The translations under genes and the position numbers were made by a program. Source: Octopus vulgaris (taxonomy: Eukaryota). From it: DNA of 64,000 nucleotides. Below, one piece after another: positions 1 through 13,205 of this stretch; within the stretch, counting starts at the first letter, position 1, and each line of letters opens with the position of its first letter. The notes beneath the pieces were generated by a model. That model saw only the letters and a program-made list of their open reading frames with translations, had not been told where the DNA came from and searched no databases. Location of the stretch: contig OX597826.1 of the NCBI GenBank assembly GCA_951406725.2, positions 17,794,001-17,858,000 of the forward strand. The letters run 5' to 3'.

Positions 1-88
1 AGGGGAATATGTTGAATAAAATCACAATTAACTGATCCTCCTGTATTTTCTTTTAGCTAAAGTCAGGAACTTTTCAACACCCCCTGTA
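1..88 (+). mobile_element. 3' end of a mariner/Tc1 element (truncated by window start)
   Basis: ggggaatatgttgaataa encodes the mariner transposase C-terminus G-E-Y-V-E-stop; followed by TIR-like aacttttcaacaccccctg and TA. Confidence 0.6.
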
Positions 89-321
89 TGGAATTTTACC
101 AGAGGGACTTTTTCTGTTGTTTAGACTTAAATATCATTCAGTTTAGCACCATCATCTCTGATCCTTAGGCATTTTTAGCATTGTACAGACTCATGCAAGC
201 ACATATTGGCAACTCAACAAATCTTTAAAATTAATAACAATCTTTTATCAAATTAAAATCCTCACAACACCTAAAGCCTTTGCTAAATTCCGAAAAACTG
301 CAATTCTTGTGTCCTGTTTAG

Positions 322-483
322 GTCAGGGTGATGTCACATTGAAGATCCTACATGTTTTACCATTTGATTCCTGCCGCAAGAGAATGTCTGTGATAGTGGA
401 ACATCCAATCAGTGGTGAGATTATCTTATACAGTAAGGGAGCTGATTGTTCAATCCTGGAGCGTTTAAATTCTACCTATTATG
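322..483 (+). CDS. P4-ATPase (ATP10-like) exon, N domain
   Basis: AG/GT bounded; GQGDVTLKILHVLPFDSCRKRMSVIVEHPISGEIILYSKGADCSILERL (FDSxRKRMS and KGAD motifs). Confidence 0.95.
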
Positions 484-953
484 GTTAGTTCATTTTACTT
501 TACTTCGTTATTATTTTGTTGTCTTCTGTGTTGGTGTTGTTGTTGTATCTGCGTGTGCATATTATGAACACAAGTCTCTATATTTAATTGCGACCATATG
601 TTTATGCTAGTGCTGTCATTTATATGTTATTCCAAATACTTATAAATATTCACATTGCTAAATATTTATATCTAGAACATCTTCAGTTCTAATCTGCTTA
701 TTGGTAATATCTGTTGGAAATTACATGGGTCCTATGCACAACAGGAATATCTGCAATCTTAAATGTACACAATGGCAATATTTATGGTACAGTTGAATGT
801 TGGTACCCTTAAATATGTATTCAGAATATTTATTTCTTTAAACATGTTCATTCAGTGTTGTTCTAAATATATGTAAAACCCTTTGTGTCTTCATCACATG
901 ATTTAAGCAATACACTGTAAGTTCCTAATGATTAACAAATATCATCATCTCAG

Positions 954-1054
954 CTACAGAGGATTCTGAAGCCGTGAAGATTCTACGGAACACTTCCGAC
1001 CACATCATCCAGTATGCTCTTCAGGGTCTGAGGACATTGTGTATGGCAAAACGG
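954..1054 (+). CDS. P4-ATPase exon
   Basis: TSDHIIQYALQGLRTLCMAKR (GLRTL motif), gtaagt donor; an alternative in-frame acceptor at 960 is possible. Confidence 0.93.
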
Positions 1055-1999
1055 GTAAGTTCTATCTTTTTCTTCAACATATTTTTCAGTCTTTTCTAAT
1101 CCATCCTGCACTGCTTGTATTTGGGAAATAAGTGAGCTAGCCATGCCTGGAATGTCTTTGATGAGAAGTCTGCTGAAGTGGTTAAAATACTTCTATCCTT
1201 CCTTGTACTATAATTGTTCTCATCAGATCAGTACTTTATACTGAGCTATACTGGTTAAAATATTCCTATCCCAGTACTGTATCATAACAGAATTGGTGAA
1301 AATGGCTCCTTCAAAGGACCGCATGATCATTAATACATTATTAAACTGTCAATTGTCTAGTTTTTTTAAGTGTTCCTTGCAACTGGTAAATTATATATTG
1401 CTCCATATTTTCCTCTTAAATGAAGAAGGGCAGTGTCCAAGACTCTTTACAAGAACTCTGAGATTGATGGGTGGAAGTTATCCTCAGGCAGAAGACCTGG
1501 TCAAATGCTGTCAACTGGGTGAACTCTGCTAAGGGCATTCAAGAGCAAGGTGTTGGTGTTTGATTGGGCTGTGAGATAAGTCTATCACCCAAGAATATGA
1601 ACATCTACCAAATTTCTCTCCAAAGCTTTTGTTGATCATTATCTATGCTAGAAGATACTTATCTGGAATGCTGCATATTGAGATAGAGCCCAAACCATGT
1701 GATTGCAGAGCAAACTTCTTAACAACACAGTACACCCATTTCTTTTACTCTGATTTCTTTTACAATGTTTAAACTTCATGATTTCCTGCTAAACAGTTGA
1801 CTTTATCATTATCTTGAAAACTGAACATTAATCCAACTAACTTCACCCAGATGTTTCTGTCCACTTTTTCTAGAACTTCCTTTGAAAGCAGTGGACACTG
1901 CCCCACTTCCTCCTCGGACAGCAATATCAATATTATTTCCATATGTATCCTTATTTTCCTCATGACTTATTCAGTGTCTGTCTTTATACAATGTTCCAG

Positions 2000-2126
2000 G
2001 TTATTGGTAGAGCAGAGTATGAGACATGGCAACAGTCACATAATGTTGCACAGGCAGCTCTTGAAAACAAGGATGAGCTTTTGAAGAACTCAGCAGATGA
2101 TATTGAAAAAGATTTTGAGCTTCTAG
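2000..2126 (+). CDS. P4-ATPase exon
   Basis: VIGRAEYETWQQSHNVAQAALENKDELLKNSADDIEKDFELL; cag/gtatgt boundaries, phases consistent. Confidence 0.93.
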
Positions 2127-3128
2127 GTATGTAGCAATTTATTCAGGTTTGAAAAAGAAGTTGAACCTGGCCTAACTTAAAACATGCAACACAAACATTT
2201 AAAGCAAAGAACTGTTGCTCAGAAGATGACATCACACAAGTATCCAGGACATTTTTCAAAAAGAGACAACCTCTCGCCTAAATACTTTATATCCCTTCTC
2301 TTTATTACTATTACTTTTTAGTTCTGCTTGACCTCATGCCACTTTCACTCAAACACTTCCGATTCATTGTCTCTCTTCTAATTCCATGTATTACATTCAA
2401 CATCTCTTATTTTCAGTCATTTTCATCAGAATGCAAACTCTCTGGATTCCCTTCACTGCACATGTGTTTTTCTTTCTTCTTTTTTCTTTGTGAGTGTCAA
2501 CCTGCAACTGTTTAAAACAAACATTAACTACATCAATCTTACTTGTTCCTTTCTCCAGACCAAACCAATAACAATTTTTCGAAATTTATTATAATTTTTT
2601 TTTTTTTGCTTATAGAACACAAGTTCAGACTAATTCTAAGTCTTTTGATGTGTCTCTTTATTCCATGAGTTTCAGTTTACCTCACTATCAAAATTAGGTA
2701 CCAGTACTTAAGTAAACATTTATTTTTTATTAACTTACAATCTATCCAAAAAATTCTGATGTCTCTGCTTAGGACTCCACAGAAACTAAAAAGATGCAGT
2801 TGTTTAGTGGCTCATGAGGCTCTTGAAAGATTTAGTTTCCCTTTCATGGTCAAATAGCAGAAGAATAATTAGCAAAAATTGAATAATAATGATAAATTCA
2901 GTTTGGAATAAAATATTTTAATAGTAATTTGAGTCTTAGTAATGAAAACATGAGCTCTTAAAGTTCAATGATCGAATCACTGACCATATATATCCTTGAT
3001 GATTTCATCGTTTGAGAAGACACTCTATCAGATTCCTTGTGGGAAAAGAGGTACCAGTTTGATTGAAAGATATTAGCTCACACTTGTAATCAGTCATCTG
3101 TAATGAAACATTTTTTTCAACATTGCAG

Positions 3129-3232
3129 GTGCAACTGGCATTGAAGATACACTGCAAGATGGAGTTCCTGACACAGTTGCCACTCTTCGAAAAGCAGGGA
3201 TCAAAATTTGGGTGCTCACTGGTGATAAACAG
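3129..3232 (+). CDS. P4-ATPase exon, P domain
   Basis: [35 protein letters not shown] (WVLTGDK motif). Confidence 0.96.
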
Positions 3233-3329
3233 GTTTGGTTTGTTTCTACTTAAATTCCCAGTCATGGAACTGAATAAAATCAAATTAGTACTTTTAGAGA
3301 TTGTATTTGTTGTTGCATAACCTCAAATT

Positions 3330-4240
3330 AGCCTTAACATGGTCAATGTTGTTCGATGCTGGACGATGTAAACCTTTGCAGTGATTGAGAGTTATGCCTA
3401 ATTCAGATACCTTAATGTGCTGCATACATAGTCTAAGACTATAATGAAAAGGAAAGGAGCTAAGCTGACCCCTTGGAGAGCTCCTGTGTTGACTGCAAAT
3501 GTGTTAGTGTCTTTCCATCAGGGATGAATACAAACTTTTGTTGCCTGCATAGAGAGAGTAAATAGCATTTACAACTTCATTTGGTATGTCATAGGCAGAG
3601 ATAGTCTAAAACATTCGCTCACAATGAACAAAGTCGAATGTTTCGGTGAAATCTACAAATATGGCACACAAAGACGTATCTTTCTTTGCTAAGATGGTTT
3701 CAATGAGTTGGTGATATGTTCAAATAGGTTTATGGTGGAGCAGCCTTTGTGAAAGCCATTGTAGTTTGCTTCAAGTTGTGTTTTGATTGGGTCTCAGATA
3801 CTATTGAACTTGATATGGTTGAAGAGTTTTGGTTGAGCATAACATCAGGCTAATTGTATGATACAAGCCATGTGCTGACAGATCTCTCTTTTCCAGGTTA
3901 TTTGGCATCATACCTCACTGACCTTGACTTTGCAGATGACATTGCACTCATCTCACACACAATCACAAATGTTCAAACTCTCCTCACAAACTTGGTGTTG
4001 GTTGCCATTGAAGTTGGTCTCTCAATAAATCACTTGAAGACAAAGACCATAATCATTGGGGAAAATGCTTATGTGGGTGATTTTTCATTGGGTCCCCTTA
4101 AATCAGTTGCCTGTTTCTGTTACCTGGGCTCTCATATTCACTCTGCAAGCAGAGATATTAAAATTTGTTAAGTGATGACATGGTCAGCATTTAGCAAGCT
4201 CTGGAAAATTTGGATAACACCACAACAGTCATGTGACCTA
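3330..4240. mobile_element. Decayed non-LTR retrotransposon RT fragment with inverted 5' part; continues about 5445-5670 after the mariner
   Basis: + strand YLTDLDFADDIALISHT...FCYLGS (ORF 3854-4171); - strand 3330-3860 carries upstream RT motifs (FVDFTETFDFV-like, GALQG..LAPFLF-like). Confidence 0.8.
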
Positions 4241-4244
4241 AATC

Positions 4245-5443
4245 TACGAGGTTAACTATGAAGGAGTGATGCTAGAGCTGTGAAATCTTGTATACATTAA
4301 TTTCAACCCTTCTTATTATGTAAACTGACATCTGACTATTCAAAGAAGACAAAGACTTCAAAAGTAACTAGTTGCAACTTCTCTTGAAAATCAACAAGAT
4401 TTGGCATCATGGTGTCATCAAGTATCTCTAGAAAGATGGTCTAGCCTCCAAAGACATTTGTGCTCATGTGGTTGCTACATTAGGGGATGATACTCCAGCT
4501 TTATCAAGGGCATTTGAATTTAGGAGGGGAAGGGAAAGTGTTGAAGATAACCCAAAGTTTGGATATCCTGCAATTGTTACCTCTGAGGAAAACGTTGATT
4601 GTGCTCACCACATGATGATAGATCACAGGCGATTGACTATAAATCAAAGAGCCAATGCTATTAGCATATTCCATGAGAGAGTTGAGAATATTATGCACAA
4701 TGAATGTGGCACGATGAAGGTTTCTGCTCAGTAAATACAATGTCTTCTGACACTTGATCAAAAGTGCACCAGGCTGATCACATCACGGGGAAATCAGCAG
4801 GGGTTTTTTAATGTTACCTAATCATGGAGGAGTGTTGTCTTTATCATTTTGAACCAGAGACAATCCATTGCAGTGGAAACACCACTCTTTACTTACTCCA
4901 AAAATGGTCAAGGCCATTTCATTTATAGAGTAAGTGATGGTCTCAGTCTTTTGGGATGCAAAAGACATTGTGTTTATTGATTATTTTCAAAAGGGCCACA
5001 CCATCAATGGAGAGAATTATGCCAACTTGCTGGGGCAGGTATGAAAAGCTATCAAAATCAAATGCCCAGGAAAACTGATGAAAGGGGTTCTGTTTCATCA
5101 GAACAATACTCCAGCACAATGGTTGCTGTGCAGGACTGGCTTTGAACTGGTTGATAGCTGTCCCTATTCTTCTGATTTGGGCTCCCATCTGACTATCATC
5201 TGTTATTCAACATGTAAAAGCACTTGGCTGGGAACCAGTATCACAGTGATGATGTCATCGTATCTGCTGTTGATGACTTTTTTTGACCAACAGGATGAAA
5301 GCTTCTTCACCAATGGAATCCGAGAACTACAATACCATTGGAAGAAGGGTGTGGACTGCAGCTCACTTCTTCCATTGGTATTGAAAAATAAACCTCATGA
5401 GAATAGTTTGGTCAGTCTATGAAGTTTTCAGCCAACCTTCATA
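4245..5443 (+). mobile_element. Degenerate mariner transposon (about 1.2 kb)
   Basis: Transposase fragments EFRRGRESVED..., HRRLT, GVLFHQNN, PYSSDL, FFTNGIREL; right TIR gaagttttcagccaaccttca+TA; many stops and frameshifts. Confidence 0.9.
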
Positions 5444-5677
5444 CACCTGTGTCATGTATCAGTAGAATCTATTCTGCTCTACAGCCCTGAATGCTCATCT
5501 CTTACAGTAGCCCAACAGTGATCACTAGATGGCACATACACTCAGTCACTATGCAAGGCCTTTCACATCTCTTTTGCCAACCATATATCAAACAAGTCAC
5601 TACATGAATCTTTACTCTCTGTCAGCTAGACAACCAAACAATGACAGCTAAAATTTGCTGGCTACTCTTTACATTAA

Positions 5678-5898
5678 CCCTTTCGTTACCAACCCAGATG
5701 AAACTGGCTCTGACTCTGTAATACAAATGTCTTGTTTTCATAGGTTTTGAATTAGAATCTTCCACCAAACCTTAGTCACAATATATGTTCCTAACACTAG
5801 CTTAATGATAACTAAGTTAGTTTACTAAATTCTTTGTTATATTTATAATAACTGAAGGAAATACAGAGCATCTCAAAATAAATATGGTAATGAAAGGG
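5678..5898. mobile_element. piggyBac-like MITE
   Basis: TTAA|ccctttcgttacca ... tggtaatgaaaggg|TTAA: terminal inverted repeats with TTAA target duplication. Confidence 0.85.
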
Positions 5899-6703
5899 TT
5901 AAATAGATCAACTTTATCACTACACTTTTTTCTATAATTCCAAGGGGATGTTCAAGCTTGGTGATCAGGTGTGTATGACAGGTGTGATCTCCTGCCGGAC
6001 AAAGCACTGTGCACTGTCTCACAGCTGGCATGTGCAATGTCGTCTTATACAGCCTGGAAGGAAATTTGCTCATGAGTCGGAGTCGACATCCACAAATGAT
6101 GTGGTTTAGATCTAAAGAAATCAGCCTTTATTGAGCAGGCTTGTGATCAAAGGTAATCTAACTGTGATTACCCTATCTTATTTTAAAGGTGTACAAGATT
6201 GCATTGTATAATGTGTTCTTTCCTTATCTAAGACAAAAGGGTATGATTTGAGGAGTTTTGACTACTATTTCTAACAAATCAAGTGACTATAGAAGCTCTC
6301 GCTGTGGCATGGAGTTCAGACAGAGTTCTAAAGCAGTGAAGAACACATGACATTAAGTGTACATCTACCAATTATTTTCCCTATTACCATTATGTTCACC
6401 CTCCTCCTTACACTTATATGTGACAGTTCTGTAATTTGTTAAGTAGGCCTGCACAACCCTCTCCGCAATAGCATTAGGATCTGCTAATGACACTACTATC
6501 AGAGATGGTACCATCCTAATCTATACAGTTGATCTACTCCTCCAAAGTAGGGACTGGGTACAGAAAAAAAGTCATCAAGTTCTTTCTGTATAGGCAGCTG
6601 ATCTCTATAGTAGAGGTTATTTCTATACAGGTTACTGATAAACCTTTGATAATCATAATTTTGTTATTTATATTCAACCCAACTTCTTATTCTTTTGCTT
6701 CAG

Positions 6704-6784
6704 GAAACAGCAGTGCAGGTTGCTTATTCTACAAAACTGTTCTCAACCAATCAGGAGGTTCTCTATTTGACTTGTTCTGACACG
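6704..6784 (+). CDS. P4-ATPase exon
   Basis: ETAVQVAYSTKLFSTNQEVLYLTCSDT continues the GDKQ-ETA motif; cag/gtatgt. Confidence 0.93.
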
Positions 6785-7906
6785 GTATGTTGACTAGTCT
6801 TTATGTTGTTATCTTTTATTTGTTTCACTCATTACTCTGTGGCCATGATGGGGCACCGCCTTCAAAAACTTTTGGTCGAATGAATCGACCCTAGCACTTA
6901 CTTTTTGATAACCCTGGTCGTTATTCTATCAGTCTCTTTTGGCTGAAAAACTACATTACAGGAACGTGAACACACGTTGACAAGTGGTGATAGAGAACAA
7001 ACACTGACACACACACACACATACACACATTTATATATATATATATATATCATTGTTTAACATCCTCCTTCCATGCTGGCATGGGTTAGATGGTTTAACA
7101 GGTGCTGGTCCATATATATATATATACACACACACACATATCTGTGTGTGTGTATGTCTTTGTGTCTTAAACTAACCTCATAGACCAGCCATAATTATCG
7201 TTATCTAATTACTGTACTCATTCTATAACTTAGAGTGTGCTTCACTTTCGGATTTATGATTTACTGATGATATATATATGATAGGCTTCTTTCAGTTTCC
7301 TTCTCCCAAATCCACCAACAAAGCTTTGACCCGAGGCTATAGTTGAAGACACTTGCCCAAAGTGCCACACAGTGGGACTGAACTTGGAACCATGCAGTTG
7401 GAAAGCAAGCATCTTACCACACTGCCACACCTCTACCCGTTATTAGATATGTTATTTATGTTGTTGCTTTTCCATTATTCTATGAAGATAGTTCCCTAGA
7501 CTGTATAATGTTTGGCTTTATGTCTTCTGTTAGACTCTTTATAGACACATGGGGTAACACGGAAGACACTACTGTGGGTGTTAGTAATCTCATTTTGTTA
7601 TAAACACACAAAGTACAGAGAAAGGTGACATTGTTTACTTAGGATATTCTGACAGATGGACAAATATATTTTTACAAATGTTAACATTTAAATAAAAAGT
7701 AAATGACAAAATTAATTATCAAATTAAATCTGATTAACATTTTTTAAGAATATATGTGTAAAAGTACGTACACACACACACACACACATGTATCTATGTA
7801 TGTATGTGTACACATGCACATGTGTATGAGTGTATGTATATATGCATGTATGTGTATGTATATATGTATGTATTTACTTATGTATAAATGTATATGTATA
7901 TATAAA

Positions 7907-7937
<31 letters not shown>

Positions 7938-8159
7938 ACAGGCATGGCTGCATGGGAAGAAGCTTACTTCCCAACCACATGGTTCCAGGTTCAGTTCATC
8001 TGCATGGCACCTTGGGCAAGTGTTTTCTACTATATCCTCAGGCTGACCAAAGTCTTGTGAGTGGATTTGGTAGACAGAAACTGAAAGAAGCCCGTTATAT
8101 ATGTGTGTGTGTCTGAAGCATATTTGAAGCATTTCTCATGCAGGAAGTTGTTGAGATGC

Positions 8160-8690
8160 TTGAAAAAATGGTAAGTGGTCGGCACTCCTTTATGCAGCTG
8201 TCCTCATTCATATGCGTCACGTGTCCAAACCAACGCAGTCTTGTCTCTTGCCTGCTACATTAGGTTCCCCTTATGCCCAACTCTTCTCTCAATACATTTT
8301 CACTTTGCCGTACATGTGCACTGATGTTGCTCATCCAATGAGGTATACTGCCTTTGTTTCTCTCCAGTCTACGCATGTCCTCTGCATTTAGAGCCCGTGT
8401 ATCACTACCATCGAGTATAGCCGGTCATACAGAAGCATCTTATAGTCTACCTTTCACTCTGAGAGAGAGTCCTTTTGTTGCCAACTGAGGTTATAGCTCT
8501 CTGAACTTCCTCTTATAGTAGAAACAATACTTTCAGAGCATCCTCCACCATTGCTAATTTGGTCACCTAGGTAACAGAATCTATCTACAACCTTAAGAGA
8601 GCTTCCTGGGCATTTGAGAGAATCTAAGTCCCATGTGGCCTTAGTTATATTGTTTCTGCACATCTGCCACATACAAAGACTACTTTTTCT
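8160..8690 (-). mobile_element. RTE-type LINE 3' fragment
   Basis: LKVVDRFCYLGDQISNGGGCSESI..., homologous to copies at 38-40 kb and 57-59 kb. Confidence 0.85.
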
Positions 8691-9049
8691 ATGATATATA
8701 TATGTGTGTGTGTATACACATACACACTCACACACACACACATATATGTATGTATAAGTAGAGAGTAATGTAAAAACAATACAAAGGATATATTATAAAT
8801 AATTAAGATTATTTATGAATATATCAATGGCCAAACATATTATCATAAAGTAAAAAGAAGAAAAACGTTTATAATTATGAACAAGTCACAATTATAACTA
8901 AGAAGGTTAAAAAAACCCTTACATGTTAAAAATAGCAACCAGAACTGCTATAAAGCCATTATATCACTCATATCATTTCTCTTCATGATAAAAACTGTCT
9001 TCGGGCATAGAATCCAGAACTCGAAAATGACTGGTTAATCCCCTATTGC

Positions 9050-9078
9050 AGATGTATGTATATACATGTGTGTGTGTG

Positions 9079-9111
<33 letters not shown>

Positions 9112-9360
9112 ATATATATATGTGTGTGTATATGTATGTATATATATATGTGTGTGTGTGTGTGTTTGTATGTATATATGTGTGTGTGTGTATATATATA
9201 TGTATATGTGTGTGTGTGTATATATATGTATATGTGTGTGTATATATATGTATGTTTATGTGTGTATATATATATGTGTATATATATATGTATATGTGTG
9301 TGTATATATGTATGTGTATGTGTGTGTATATATATATATATGTATGTGTATGTGTGTATG

Positions 9361-9395
<35 letters not shown>

Positions 9396-9415
9396 ATTTA
9401 TGTATATATGTATCT
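9050..9415. repeat. Compound (TG)n/(TA)n microsatellite
   Basis: About 365 bp of mixed TG/TA dinucleotides; explains the spurious ORFs here. Confidence 0.97.
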
Positions 9416-10337
9416 ATAAATAAGATAGAATGGAATATTGATTTTGTGTGTTTGAAATGACATGAAATAAAAAGTAAATGTTGCCTCAAATCTATTGGTT
9501 TATAATATTCACCTGTCTTGATCCAGTTCAATTGTCTTTTTTAAATGAATATGTTTAAAAGGAGTTATTTATACTTTACTATTATCCATATTAAACAGGA
9601 AACTATTGTTAGTACTATCTATAAGTGTCTCAAATTCAGAAAGTCTATTCAAATTTCATACTATAAGATTAAGTAATCAGCTAAATATTTTTGCACAAGT
9701 TTTTCATATACTTTTATCACAAAGTATTAATAAATTTTTATATATTGGCTCTATCTTGGTTACCATTGCTGTTCCAAATTTTTGTCTGTATACTGTTTGG
9801 TCAAAATTTAAAATGTTTTACTAAATAGATTGAAATTTTGCAATTATAAATTCTTTCCCTATTTTGTCTGATAAATCACGAGGAAATTAATTATACCAAA
9901 AACATATTGCTTCAGTTCCATACTCATGTAGTGTATATGTATTCAAGTTAACCACATCAAATGAAACCATTGAGGCTTCTTCATTTGCTATTGGAATGTA
10001 ATTCAACATCATCTGCCTGGAATAATCATAAGCATAGACAGACATATGGCTATTCAGTCTTGGACTGTGAACATGTTGGAGGAATTGCTTTCAGCTGATT
10101 GCATTGACCTCAGTATTTTCATAATCTACTGTTTTGTTTATTGTTCTCTATTTTGCTTAACTGACAAGTAATGGGACATAAAAGGATACAACATAAAGAA
10201 CACTGGATTTTAAACTTGAGTAAACATGAATACACACACACACATACACACACACTCACATGTACACAATGAGTCTGTAAACAGTTTCCATCCACCAAAT
10301 CTCATTCATAAATGATTGGTCAACAAGAGGGTATAGT

Positions 10338-10634
10338 AAAAGACCTACGTGTTGATTGTAGACATGCTCCTTCACAAATGATCAGCTATTATTTTATAAA
10401 CAATGTTTGGAAACTGTTCATCAATAAACCGATTCCTTATGGGATTTCCCAATCAAATTGTCTGCAAAATTTCAGCCAAAAGTTTACCAATTTCAATGGA
10501 TTTCACACAAATTTGACGTCGACGTTACTTAGTTTGCTTTGAAATAAAGAGCTTGATTAGCTTAATAATCCTAACTTAATCCCAAGCAAAGCCAGGCTAT
10601 ACTGCTAGTCATAGAGTAATATACAATATCACCA
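10338..10634. repeat. Left arm of a ~297-bp near-perfect inverted repeat (partner 11240-11536)
   Basis: The same peptide appears in ORF 10312+ and ORF 11332-; arms are reverse complements. Confidence 0.95.
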
Positions 10635-10788
10635 GGTTTCTCCAGGTGCCATGTAGGAACCATTTGGTTGCAAAGCAAACCTCTTAACTACACAGCCATT
10701 TCTGTTAAAACTGAATTTTTTTTTGTTTTTCTTAATTTCTTTTTGTATGATTTTTTTAAATCTCATTATGTTTGTTTTTTCTTCAAAG

Positions 10789-10977
10789 AAAAGCACCCTA
10801 GAACATATTACCGAATACCTAAAGCAAATACATTGTGACCAGTCCAAGGAAGTTGGTTTAATAATTGATGGCAGCACTTTGTCTTTTGCGCTGGAGAAAT
10901 CATGCCAAGAATGTTTCCTCAAGCTTGTGGTTTGCTGTAACTCTGTAGTTTGTTGTAGAGTGACGCCACTTCAAAAG
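10789..10977 (+). CDS. P4-ATPase exon
   Basis: KSTLEHI...GLIIDGSTLSFAL...SVVCCRVTPLQK; 189 nt, phase 0-0. Confidence 0.94.
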
Positions 10978-11264
10978 GTAAATCATCTTTTAATTATGCC
11001 TTCTGTATTTGTGTGTGTTAATGTTTTCATTTGTCAGTATGAATGAGTGTGTGTGTGTAAAAGTTTATGCCTTTGATTGTGGATCTGTCCAATCAAGGTT
11101 GGTTGAACATAATAATGTCCTGAAAAACTGTAGAATTAAAAATTTAATATATACTGAGATCTGTTGTGTGAAATTCTAGAATTAACACCGGATACTATGA
11201 TATAAATGAATGCAGCCTTCATTTGCTATAGTTTTATAATGGTGATATTGTATATTACTCTATG

Positions 11265-12434
11265 ACTAGCAGTATAGCCTGGCTTTGCTTGGGATTAAGT
11301 TAGGATTATTAAGCTAATCAAGCTCTTTATTTCAAAGCAAACTAAGTAACGTCGACGTCAAATTTGTGTGAAATCCATTGAAATTGGTAAACTTTTGGCT
11401 GAAATTTTGCAGACAATTTGATTGGGAAATCCCATAAGGAATCGGTTTATTGATGAACAGTTTCCAAACATTGTTTATAAAATAATAGCTGATCATTTGT
11501 GAAGGAGCATGTCTACAATCAACACGTAGGTCTTTTGCTCTGGTAACCTCTGCTCTCTCTCTCATGTTCACGCATAACCAGCTATATATCGCTATGAGTA
11601 GAACAACGGATTCAGCTAATTTGGAAATTAGCTGTGGAGAAACAGAGAATATTGTTTATATTGTGTGTGTGTATATATATATATATACTAGCAGAATTGC
11701 CCGGCGTTGCTCGGGGCTGAATTGCTTGAAAGTACTGTTAATGATTGCTCTGAATTATGATGATTATTCAGGCAAATATTGAAATAAGCTTACGGTGTGA
11801 GATAAGGACTTAACGCCAAACGTGTGCCATTGCATTGTTTTGGGGGAACCAAATTTCTGATGAGCATTACCCGGTTTTGGTTAAACTGCATCGCAAAATG
11901 TGGGAGTAGTTAGGAATCTAAATCGGAGTAGACAGACACACAACCTTTCTTTTATATATAAATACATACATACACACACACACGCACACATACATGCATA
12001 CATGCATATACACATAAACCGAGTAAAAAATTTCAGTTATCTCTCTCTTTCACACATTACTCTCTCTGTCTCTTCACACACACTAACAGAAGCACTTCAC
12101 TTAATGCTAGGTAAATTGTAATTGAAGAAATCCTATATTGTAGATTTGTATAACTCCCAAAGGGAGGCAGATAAAATCTGCCTTTTATAATAAGAGATAT
12201 ACGGGCAACACACACACATACACATTGCGGCACTGTCATGCCTTTGGTTGTCAGAAGTGAAAGTAGTCAACTTCGTGTATTTCCGTCAGGTTTATACCTT
12301 CGTTAATTTACGCCGTTTATTTATGTACCACCACGCTCTTAGGTTTATAAAACAATTGAAGTTCAGTTTAAAGTTTATAAATAAATACATTTCATGTGTA
12401 ATGTATACACATGTGTATATATATATATATGTAT

Positions 12435-12482
<48 letters not shown>

Positions 12483-13136
12483 GTGTATATATATATATAT
12501 ACATGTGTATACATATATATATACACATGTGTATACATTACACATGAAATGTATTTATTTATAAACTTTAAACTGAACTTCAATTGTTTTATAAACCTAA
12601 GAGCGTGGTGGTACATAAATAAACGGCGTAAATTAACGAAGGTATAAACCTGACGGAAATACACGAAGTTGACTACTTTCACTTCTGACAACCAAAGGCA
12701 TGACAGTGCCAACGCATACATGCTTGTGTGTGTGTGTGTGACTGAAGCCATTCACACATACATGCATACATACATAACAACACCTGTCTGTTTGTTTTTG
12801 CCTGTCAATCACTCTCTAAAAAGATGAAATTTTAAAAATCTTTTATCTCTCTCTCTTTCTCTCTCCCTCTCCCTCCCTCTCTTTACACCGTCGCTAGAAA
12901 GTAAACAATGGTGGATTTCTCTGCCGTGAAAATTGTTAAGTTATGGTCAAAAATTTATTTTTACCGCTATTTGCTGGTGCCTCGGAGGAAAATAATTTAA
13001 CAAAAATACAGCTAAGGTCATGATGAATGTCCTCCTAAAATTGAAGTGACATGCATGCTAATTTGTGGACATGCATAAATTACATTCACGTATACACACA
13101 CACACTCACACACACGCACACACACTCACACACACG

Positions 13137-13179
<43 letters not shown>

Positions 13180-13205
13180 CCTGCCTTTTATATATATATA
13201 CAGAT
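11265..13205 (-). mobile_element. Cluster of nested non-autonomous Helitron-like elements
   Basis: On - strand, GC hairpin plus CTAG|T 3' ends near 11266 (cccaagcaaagccaggc..ctagt) and 11688 (cccgagcaacgccggg..ctagt); 5'-like ends TCTCTTATTATAAAAGGCAG near 12197 and TATATATAAAAAGGCAG near 13200; Pif1-like helicase remnant at 11564. Confidence 0.7.
12229..12710. repeat. ~480-bp palindrome with (TA)n/(TG)n centre
   Basis: ggcactgtcatgcctttggttgtcag... mirrored by ...ctgacaaccaaaggcatgacagtgcc; mirrored ORFs 12248+ and 12392-. Confidence 0.95.

Noticed and set aside
7744-9531. ORFs rich in C/V/Y/I/H/T
   Set aside because: Translations of TG/TA microsatellites and SINEs, not genes.
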